This document shows, in pieces, positions 25,392 through 32,000 of a DNA stretch of 32,000 nt. The first letter of the stretch is position 1; each line of letters begins with the position of its first letter. Origin of the DNA: Pseudodesulfovibrio mercurii. GTDB lineage: Bacteria > Desulfobacterota > Desulfovibrionia > Desulfovibrionales > Desulfovibrionaceae. The notes below the pieces were generated by a model. The model was given only the letters and a program-made list of their open reading frames with translations. It was not told the origin of the DNA and ran no database searches. The translations under genes were made by a program, and so were the position numbers. Location of the stretch: the NCBI RefSeq assembly GCF_000189295.2, contig NC_016803.1:2580001-2612000 (forward strand), given 5' to 3'.

Positions 25392-26366
25392 CTAGCGCTC
25401 CTTGACGTAAGGTATGCCGTCGGCCTTGGGGGCCGTCACCTTGCCCACGAACCCGGCCAGCAGGACCACGGTCATGACGTAGGGCAGCATGATGATGAAC
25501 TGGACCGGTATCTCGCCGACGAAGGGCAGGGACACGCCCTGCAGCCGCGCCTGGAGCGCGTCGGTGAAGGCGAAGAGCAGACAGGCGCAGGCGGTCGGGC
25601 CGGGCCGCCACTTGCCGAAGATCATGGCCGCCAGGGCCAGGTACCCCTTGCCCGCGGTCATGTCGCGGATGAAGCTCGCGCCCAGGGCGGTGGACAGGGC
25701 CGCCCCGGCCACGCCGCACAGCGCGCCCGCGATGAGCACCGCCCGGTAGCGCAGCCGGGTCACCGAGATGCCCGCCGTGTCCACGGCCTCGGGGTTCTCG
25801 CCCACGGCCCGCAGCCGGAGCCCGAACCGGGTCTTGTAGAGCATGAAGGAGACGCACGGGATCAGGGCGAAGGCCGCGTAGGTCAACAGGGTGTGGCCGC
25901 TGATCAGCTCGGCGTAGATCGGGCCCAGGACCGGCACCCCGCGCAACGCCTCGGCGCCGGGCAGGGTCAGGGCCATGAACCGCGCGCCTTCGGGCAGGGG
26001 CGGGGTGTCGCCGTTGATGTGGAAAATGGCGTGGCCCAGCGTCGGGGCCAGCCCGGCGACCACGATGTTGATGGCCATGCCCGAGACCACCTGGTTGCCC
26101 CGGTGGGTGATGCAGGCGAAGCCGTGCAGCAGGGCGAGCAGCAGGCAGGCGGCCACGGCGCAGACCAGCCCGAGCCAGGCCGAGCCCGTCAGGTAGCTGA
26201 CCGTGGCCGCGACGAACGCCCCGCCGAGCATCTTGCCCTCCAGGCCGATGTCGATGACCGCGGCCCGCTCCGAGCACAGCCCGGCCAGGGCGGCCAGGAT
26301 CAGCGGGGTGCTGATGCGCAGGGTGGCGTCCGCCGTGAGCAGCAGCTGCATCCACAGGTCGGTCAT
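25392..26366 (-). CDS. ABC transporter permease (nucleoside/BMP-type, YufQ/NupQ-like)
   Basis: C-terminal 324 codons of the composite ORF 25392..27860. The start ATG 26366 overlaps the upstream TGA (ATGA). The sequence MTDLWMQLLLTADATLRISTPLILAALAGLCSERAAVIDIGLEGKML is the typical branched-chain/ribose-type permease N-terminus. Confidence 0.85.
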   Translation of the reverse strand: MTDLWMQLLLTADATLRISTPLILAALAGLCSERAAVIDIGLEGKMLGGAFVAATVSYLTGSAWLGLVCAVAACLLLALLHGFACITHRGNQVVSGMAINIVVAGLAPTLGHAIFHINGDTPPLPEGARFMALTLPGAEALRGVPVLGPIYAELISGHTLLTYAAFALIPCVSFMLYKTRFGLRLRAVGENPEAVDTAGISVTRLRYRAVLIAGALCGVAGAALSTALGASFIRDMTAGKGYLALAAMIFGKWRPGPTACACLLFAFTDALQARLQGVSLPFVGEIPVQFIIMLPYVMTVVLLAGFVGKVTAPKADGIPYVKER

Positions 26367-27466
26367 GCCGGGGCCTCCTTGCCCGTGCGCAGGAACAGCC
26401 GTTCCAGCTGCGGGCGGTAGAGGTGCTCCAAGGCCCCGGTGAACAGGATGACGAACCCCTGGATGGTCCAGATCATGTCCCGGGTGATGTCGGGCATCTC
26501 GAAGGCCAGCTCGGCCCCGCCCTGGAACAGCGCGCCCATGAGCAGGGAGGCCAGGACGATGCCCGCCGGGTGGTTGCGGCCCATGAGCGCGATGGCGATG
26601 CCCACGAACCCGCACCCGTTGGTGAAGTTGATGACCACCCGGTGCTGTTCGCCCATGAGCTCGTTCAGGCCCATGAGCCCGGCCAACGCCCCGGACAGGA
26701 GCATGGAGACCATGATCGCCCTGGCCGGGGAGATGCCGCCGTGCACGGCCGCGTCCGGGTTGCGGCCCACGGCCCGGATCTCGTAACCCCAGCGGGTGCG
26801 GCCGATGAACAGCCAGACCCCGACGCAGCACAAGAGGGCGATGAACAGGGCCAGGTTGGCGGGCGAGTGGGCCATCTTGACGCCGAAGTGCGCGGCCAGC
26901 TCGTGCAGCTTGGGCATCCACGTCCCCTCGGGGAAATGGGCGGTCTCGGGCAGCTGCGAGCCGGGCCGCTTGAGCCAGTCCACCAGCAGGAAGGTCATGA
27001 CCGACGAGCCGATGAAGTTGAACATGATGGTCGTGATGACGATGTGCGAGCCGCGTCTGGCCTGCAGATAGGCGGGGATGGCCGCCCAGGCCGCGCCGAA
27101 CAGGGCCCCGCCGAGCACGCTCAGGGGCAGGATGGCCCAGAAGGGCAGGTCGCCCAGGTACAGGCAGACCAGGCCGATGCCCAGCCCGCCGAGGTAGGCC
27201 TGGCCCTCGCCGCCGATGTTGAACAGGTAGCAGTGGAAGGCCACGGCCACGGCCAGGCCCGTGAAGATGAAATTGGTGGCGTAGTACAGGGTGTAGCCGA
27301 TGGCCTCGCCGTAGCCGAAGGCCCCGTAGACCAGGTAGCCGAAGGCCTTGACCGGGTCCTGGCCCATGGCCAGGATGACCAGGCCCGAGACCAGGAAGGC
27401 GGTCAGCAGGTTGAGCGCCGGGATCAGCCCCGCGTTGACCCAGCCGGGGAGCTTGGATTGCGCCAT
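26363..27466 (-). CDS. ABC transporter permease (nucleoside/BMP-type, YufP/NupP-like)
   Basis: 367-aa ORF with multiple TM segments. It contains the NIGGEGQ motif and sits directly after the ATPase stop. Confidence 0.85.
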   Translation of the reverse strand: MAQSKLPGWVNAGLIPALNLLTAFLVSGLVILAMGQDPVKAFGYLVYGAFGYGEAIGYTLYYATNFIFTGLAVAVAFHCYLFNIGGEGQAYLGGLGIGLVCLYLGDLPFWAILPLSVLGGALFGAAWAAIPAYLQARRGSHIVITTIMFNFIGSSVMTFLLVDWLKRPGSQLPETAHFPEGTWMPKLHELAAHFGVKMAHSPANLALFIALLCCVGVWLFIGRTRWGYEIRAVGRNPDAAVHGGISPARAIMVSMLLSGALAGLMGLNELMGEQHRVVINFTNGCGFVGIAIALMGRNHPAGIVLASLLMGALFQGGAELAFEMPDITRDMIWTIQGFVILFTGALEHLYRPQLERLFLRTGKEAPA

Positions 27467-29032
27467 CTACGCCGCCTCCCCGCTGTCCGGCGTCCCGGCG
27501 CAGCCCGCCATGAGCAGCCCCAGGGTGCGCTCGTCCGCGTCCTTCGCCGCCATCTCGCCGACCACCCTGCCGTCGAACATGACCAGGATGCGGTCGGCCA
27601 GGGCCAGAATCTCGTCCAGCTCCACCGAGACCAGGAGCACGCCCCGGCCCCGGTCGCGCAGTTCGATGAGCCGCTGGTGGATGAACTCGATGGCCCCGAT
27701 GTCCACTCCGCGCGTGGGCTGGCCCACCAGGAGCAGGTCCGGGTCGCGCTCCATCTCGCGGGCCAGGACGATCTTCTGCTGGTTGCCCCCGGAAAAGCCC
27801 GTGGCCGGGAGGTCCGGGTCGGGCGGGCGCACGTCGAAGTCCGCCATGTAGTCGCGGCACAGCCCCCGGACCCGGCCCAGGTCCATGAGCACCGGACCGT
27901 TGACGTCCCGGCCCGTGTGGTAGCCGAGGATCATGTTCTCGGCCGCCGTGAAATCCATGATCATGGCCGTGCGGTGGCGGTCCTCGGCCACGTGGCCCAC
28001 GCCCAGCCGGTGCATGGCCAGGGGGTCGGTGCGTTTGCCCTGGCCCGCGATGACCTCGCCCTTGAACCGGATGGTCCCGGCCGACGGCGCGGCCACCCCG
28101 CAGAGCACTTCGAGCAGCTCGGACTGGCCGTTGCCCGAGACCCCGGCCACGCCGAGGATCTCGCCCCGGCGCAGGGTGAAGGAGACGTCCTTCAGCCGCT
28201 TGACGCCCGCCGTGTCCGCGTAGTCGACCCCGTCCAGTTCCAGGATGGGCTCGCCGGGCCGGGCCTCGGTCTTCTCCACCCGGAGCAGGACCTTGCGCCC
28301 GACCATGAGCTCGGCCAGCTCCTCCTTGCTCGTCTCGGCGGTTCGCCGTTCGGCGACCATGGTCCCGCGCCGCATGATGGACACGGCGTCGGTCGCGGCC
28401 ATGATCTCGCGCAGCTTGTGGGTGATCAGGATGACCGTGCGCCCCTGGTCGCGCAGGGTGTCGAGCATGGCGAAGAGCCGGTCCGCCTCCTGGGGCGTGA
28501 GCACGCCTGTGGGCTCGTCCAGGATCAGGGTCTCGGCCCCCCGGTAGAGGGCCTTCAGGATCTCCACGCGCTGCTGCAAGCCCACGGGCAGGTCGCCGAC
28601 CACCGCGTCCGGGTCCACCTCCAGGCCGTACTCCCGGCCGAGCCGCTCCAGCTCCCGCCGGGCGTGGCCAAGGGATCGCTTCAGCAGCCCGCCCTCCTCG
28701 GCCCCGAGGATGACGTTCTCCAGCACCGTGAACGGCTCGACCAGCATGAAGTGCTGGTGGACCATGCCGATGCCCTGGCTGATGGCGTGGGCCGGGCTGG
28801 TGATGCGCACCTCCCGGCCGTTTATGCGGATGCGCCCGCTGTCCGCCTGGTAGAAGCCGTAGAGCATGCCCATGAGCGTGGACTTGCCCGCCCCGTTCTC
28901 GCCCACGATGCCGTGGATGGTCCCGGCCGCAACGCGCAGGGACACGTCCCGGTTGGCCCGCACCGGCCCGAAGGACTTGTTCAGCCCGATGAGCTCCACC
29001 GCGGGAGGTCTATGGTCGCCGGGGGCCGCCAT
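27467..29032 (-). CDS. ABC transporter ATP-binding protein with duplicated ATPase domains
   Basis: 521-aa ORF. Walker A is GENGAGKST. The signature motifs are LPVGLQQRVEI and FSGGNQQKIVL. Walker B appears as LILDEPT and LLLVGQPTRGVD. Confidence 0.9.
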   Translation of the reverse strand: MAAPGDHRPPAVELIGLNKSFGPVRANRDVSLRVAAGTIHGIVGENGAGKSTLMGMLYGFYQADSGRIRINGREVRITSPAHAISQGIGMVHQHFMLVEPFTVLENVILGAEEGGLLKRSLGHARRELERLGREYGLEVDPDAVVGDLPVGLQQRVEILKALYRGAETLILDEPTGVLTPQEADRLFAMLDTLRDQGRTVILITHKLREIMAATDAVSIMRRGTMVAERRTAETSKEELAELMVGRKVLLRVEKTEARPGEPILELDGVDYADTAGVKRLKDVSFTLRRGEILGVAGVSGNGQSELLEVLCGVAAPSAGTIRFKGEVIAGQGKRTDPLAMHRLGVGHVAEDRHRTAMIMDFTAAENMILGYHTGRDVNGPVLMDLGRVRGLCRDYMADFDVRPPDPDLPATGFSGGNQQKIVLAREMERDPDLLLVGQPTRGVDIGAIEFIHQRLIELRDRGRGVLLVSVELDEILALADRILVMFDGRVVGEMAAKDADERTLGLLMAGCAGTPDSGEAA

Positions 29033-29033
29033 G

Positions 29034-30023
29034 CTACTTGTCCATGATGTCGAAATAGTTGGTGACCTTGATCTTGCCCGCGATGATGTCCGCCTTGGCC
29101 TTGTCCACGCGCGCCCGCATGGCCGGGGTGATCAGGGCCTCGTTGTACTCGTCCAGGGCGTAGTCCACCCCGCCCTCGGCCAGGCCGAGCGAGCGGATGC
29201 CCGCCTGCCACGTGCCGTTCCTCGCGTCGCGCAGGGCCTCGTACACGGCCAGGTCCACGCGCTTGACCATGGAGGTCAGCACGCTGCCGGGATGCAGGTA
29301 GTTCTGGTTGGCGTCCGTGCCGATGGAGAATTTGTGCAGGTCCGCCGCCGCCTGGAGCACGCCCAGCCCGGAGCTGCCCGCGGCCTGGTAGACCACGTCC
29401 GCGCCCCGGTCGAACTGGGAGCGGGCCAGCTCGCCCGCCTTGATCGGGTCGCCCCAGGCCGCCGGAGTGGTCCCGGTCATGTTCTCGTAGACCACGATCC
29501 TTTTGTTCACGTACTCCGCGCCCTCCCTGTAGCCCAGGGCGAACTTGCGGATCAGGGGGATGTCCATGCCGCCCACGAAGCCGACCTTGCCGGTCCCGGA
29601 CTTCATGGCCGCGATCATGCCCACCAGGAACGAGCCCTCGTGCTCGCGGAAGACCACGGATTCCACGTTGGGCCGGTCCACGACCATGTCCACGATGACG
29701 AACCGGGTGTCCGGGAACTGCGGCGCGATCTGCTCCAGGACCGAGGCGTAGGAGAAGCCGATCACGATGATCGGGTCGAAGCCGCGCGCCGCGAAGCGCT
29801 GCATGGCCTGGGCGTACTGGGACTCGTTGGTCGGCGTGAACTCGTGGTACGGCAGGCCGGACTCCCCGGCGAACCGCTCCGCGCCCTTGAACGCGGCCTC
29901 GTTGAACGACTTGTCGGACTTGCCCACCTGGTCGTAGAGCAGGGCGGGCTTGAAGGCCAGGCCCGTGCCGGGGCAGGAGAGCAGCAGCAGGAGCGCGAGC
30001 AGGAGTATGGGCGAGCGGGACAT
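29034..30023 (-). CDS. BMP-family (basic membrane protein/PnrA-like) nucleoside-binding ABC substrate-binding protein, copy 1
   Basis: Lies within ORF 29034..30254, with ATG 30023 after GGAGGA. The signal peptide is MSRSPILLLALLLLLSCPGTGLA. BMP-family blocks are present: DKSFNEAAFKG, VGFVGGMDIPLIRKFALGY, SMVKRVD. Confidence 0.85.
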   Translation of the reverse strand: MSRSPILLLALLLLLSCPGTGLAFKPALLYDQVGKSDKSFNEAAFKGAERFAGESGLPYHEFTPTNESQYAQAMQRFAARGFDPIIVIGFSYASVLEQIAPQFPDTRFVIVDMVVDRPNVESVVFREHEGSFLVGMIAAMKSGTGKVGFVGGMDIPLIRKFALGYREGAEYVNKRIVVYENMTGTTPAAWGDPIKAGELARSQFDRGADVVYQAAGSSGLGVLQAAADLHKFSIGTDANQNYLHPGSVLTSMVKRVDLAVYEALRDARNGTWQAGIRSLGLAEGGVDYALDEYNEALITPAMRARVDKAKADIIAGKIKVTNYFDIMDK

Positions 30024-30180
30024 GCATCCTCCACCAGGGGCGGAACCCGCCGGTTCCGCCGGGTTGTCGAAAAGGGCCGGGGCGCGGTCTCCGGACGATA
30101 CCCGATACCGCGCGCCCCGCCAAGCGGACGGACGGCGGCGGACCCTCGCCCGCCGCCGGAGAACCGTCCGGCCGGACCGG

Positions 30181-31173
30181 CTACTTGTCCATGATGTCGA
30201 AGTAGTTGGTGACCTTGATCTTGCCGGAGATGATGTCCGCCTTGGCCTGGTCAACGCGCGTCCGCATGGCCGGGGTGATCAGCGACTCGTTGTACTTGTC
30301 CAGGGCGTAGTCCACCCCGCCCTCGGCCAGGCCCAGGACCTTCACGCCGGGCTTCCAGGTGCCCTGCTCGGCGTCGCGCATGGCCTCGAACACGGCCAGG
30401 TCCACGCGCTTGACCATGGAGGTCAGCACGCTGCCGGGATGGATGTAGTTCTGGTTGGAGTCCACGCCGATGGAGAACTTCCTGGCGTCGGCCGCTGCCT
30501 GGAGCACGCCCATGCCCGAACCGCCCGCCGCCGTGAAGACCACGTCCGCGCCCCGGTCGAACTGGGAGCGGGCCAGCTCGCCCGCCTTGATAGGATCGCC
30601 CCAGGCCGCCGGGGTGGTCCCGGTCATGTTCTCGAAGACCACGATGTCCTTGTTCACGTACCGCGCGCCCTCCTTGTAGCCCAGGGCGAACTTGCGTATC
30701 AGCGGCACGTCCATGCCGCCCACGAACCCGACCTTGCCGGTCTCGGACTTCATGGCCGCGATCATGCCCACCAGGAACGAGCCCTCATGCTCCTTGAAGA
30801 CCACGGACTCCACGTTGGGCTGGTCCACGACCATGTCGATGATCACGAACCGGGTGTCCGGGAACTCCGGCGCGATCTTCTCCAGGGCCGAGGCGTAGGA
30901 GAAGCCCACCACCACGATCAGGTCGCTGCCCCTGGACGCGAACCGGCGCAACGCCTGCTCGTACTGGGACTCGTTGGTCGGCTCGAAGTCCCGGTACTTG
31001 ATGCCCGAGACCTCGGAAAAATGTTCGGCCCCCATGTGCGCGGCCTGGTTGAACGACTTGTCGAACTTGCCGCCCAGATCGTAGATCACGGCGGGATTCA
31101 GGGCCAACGCGCTGCCGGCGGAAAACGCCAGAACCAAGGCAGCCACGGCCGCCATCAACAATTTGCGGAACAT
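30181..31173 (-). CDS. BMP-family nucleoside-binding ABC substrate-binding protein, copy 2 (tandem paralog)
   Basis: Lies within ORF 30181..31467, with ATG 31173 after GGAGGGA. The signal peptide is MFRKLLMAAVAALVLAFSAGSALA. It is collinear with copy 1 and identical at most positions, including the C-terminus KIKVTNYFDIMDK. Confidence 0.85.
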   Translation of the reverse strand: MFRKLLMAAVAALVLAFSAGSALALNPAVIYDLGGKFDKSFNQAAHMGAEHFSEVSGIKYRDFEPTNESQYEQALRRFASRGSDLIVVVGFSYASALEKIAPEFPDTRFVIIDMVVDQPNVESVVFKEHEGSFLVGMIAAMKSETGKVGFVGGMDVPLIRKFALGYKEGARYVNKDIVVFENMTGTTPAAWGDPIKAGELARSQFDRGADVVFTAAGGSGMGVLQAAADARKFSIGVDSNQNYIHPGSVLTSMVKRVDLAVFEAMRDAEQGTWKPGVKVLGLAEGGVDYALDKYNESLITPAMRTRVDQAKADIISGKIKVTNYFDIMDK

Positions 31174-31350
31174 GCATCCCTCCAAAACGGTTTCGCGGGA
31201 TTCCCCTCTCCCGCAACAATGACCACAACCGGGCCGGTTCGCGCCCGCACCGCCCGCGCCCACACGCGCACGGCGGCACCGTAAGTCATACGCTATCCCC
31301 GGCCGGACGCCAACCCGAAGATGCCGCCCCATGGTCGGGACTTGGGTAGA

Positions 31351-31486
31351 GGGGAAATGCCCTCGCCGGGCGGGCGCCTCCGGCGGGCAGGGCGCCGCCC
31401 TATCGCTGCTGTCGACGGCTCTAAGACCGAGCAAGCTCGGCCTAAGACCCGACGCGCCCCCGCTCAAGGCCGAGGGCCTTGAGAAT
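31351..31486. repeat. intergenic repeat D, copy 2 (inverted relative to copy 1, with a ~65-bp internal insertion)
   Basis: The reverse complement of 31351-31396 is ggcgccctgcccgccggaggcgcccgcccggcgagggcatttcccc. The reverse complement of 31462-31486 is attctcaaggccctcggccttgagc. Both blocks match 21366-21456. Confidence 0.7.
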
Positions 31487-31570
31487 CCCGTCGCCTCGCC
31501 GCGCTCGGGGTTGAGCGCGGGGAGGCGGCGTGTCGGGACGGTGGAAAGAGAAGGGAAGCTATCGCGTTAC

Positions 31571-31782
31571 CCCATCCGCGCAGCGGCACAAAAAAGTTTA
31601 GGAAGGAAAAGGGGATGGGGGTCCGGGTGAAGGGGAGAGGGACAACCCTTTTCACCAATCCGCAGGACAGCAGATTTGGACCGCGCCCGCTTCGGGCGCG
31701 ACCCCGAAGGGGCGCAGGCCACGGACGGCCTGCGTCAAAGGGTTTCCCTCTCCCCTTCCCCCGGCCGCCGGAGGCGTCCGCC
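31571..31782. repeat. intergenic palindromic repeat, copy C (module 1 with module 2 inserted in its hairpin loop)
   Basis: The reverse complement matches copy B end to end. The exception is 31645-31734, which interrupts the ccctttGAaaaggg loop and matches module 2 of copy A (5792-5871). Confidence 0.75.
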
Positions 31783-31791
31783 CGGGGCGGG

Positions 31792-32000
31792 TTAGTTGAA
31801 GAGGTCGCTGATGGCGTCGCGGATGCTGCCCTTGATTTCGTCCTTGGTGGCTTCCTTGGCGTCGGTGCCGATTTCCTTGGCGTCGTCGCCCAGGCCCATG
31901 TCATTGCTCTGGTTCTGGGAGGGCTGCTGCACCTGGACCTGCTGGGCGTTGGACGGGAGCTTGTAGTAGCTGGAGGCGAGGCTCTTCACGGCCAGCTTGG
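31792..32000 (-). CDS. hypothetical protein, 5' partial (continues beyond the window)
   Basis: The frame is open from the window edge: ...KLAVKSLASSYYKLPSNAQQVQVQQPSQNQSNDMGLGDDAKEIGTDAKEATKDEIKGSIRDAISDLFN, with a stop at 31792-31794. The C-terminus is low-complexity and charged. I do not recognise a family. Confidence 0.45.
   Translation of the reverse strand, partial: KLAVKSLASSYYKLPSNAQQVQVQQPSQNQSNDMGLGDDAKEIGTDAKEATKDEIKGSIRDAISDLFN

Noticed and set aside
24193-27860. Very long minus ORFs 24193..26355 (720 aa) and 25392..27860 (822 aa)
   Set aside because: These are composite artefacts. Only their C-terminal parts (deoC from 24984; permease from 26366) are real. The N-terminal extensions run out of frame across upstream genes and are Arg/Gly/Pro/His-rich.
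21515-31284. Long plus-strand ORFs over the deo/ABC operon (21515..23041, 22828..25248, 25077..26420, 26423..29047, 28866..30194, 29950..31284)
   Set aside because: All lie opposite well-recognised minus-strand genes (deoB, deoA, deoC, cdd, permeases, ATPase, BMP). Their composition is low-complexity and Arg/Gly/Asp/His-rich with no domain signatures.

Overview
High-GC (~63-65%) window whose gene content and palindromic intergenic repeats look Desulfovibrionaceae-like; this is inferred, as no search was run. It splits into four parts. (1) 1-6.6 kb holds accessory genes: a DUF134/DUF5320/NifX-like fusion at the left edge, a solute-binding protein, a PACE efflux protein, a LysE exporter, a CAT-family acetyltransferase and an RTX-like secreted protein. 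These are followed by an 840-bp gene-free stretch full of hairpins and a defective tRNA-Leu(CAA)-like gene. (2) 6.97-15.4 kb is one minus-strand operon and is the main item of interest. It encodes a ComEA-like HhH protein, a Tat-exported molybdopterin oxidoreductase, a 4Fe-4S subunit and a cytochrome b. Next comes a signal-peptide-bearing protein that the ORF track splits in two at an in-frame TGA. Reading that TGA as selenocysteine gives a U-G-S-C redox motif in a GrdB/PrdB-like context. A secreted paralog of its C-terminal domain, a TlpA-like thioredoxin and a periplasmic rhodanese complete the operon. An OmpR-type response regulator and a histidine kinase lie directly upstream (15.6-17.8 kb), and TTACAAT direct repeats sit in the operon promoter region. 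I propose this is an uncharacterised periplasmic chalcogen (S/Se) reduction and trafficking module. (3) 17.9-21.3 kb is a lower-GC patch with two tyrosine-recombinase genes, an Xis-like gene and a perfect 20-bp palindrome. (4) 21.5-31.2 kb is a conventional nucleoside uptake and catabolism operon: two tandem BMP-family binding proteins, an ABC ATPase, two permeases, cdd, deoC, deoA and deoB. Degenerate copies of a repeat flank it in inverted orientation. Many long ORFs in the supplied track are antisense or out-of-frame shadows typical of GC-rich DNA. All family assignments come from reading the translations and need HMM or BLAST confirmation.
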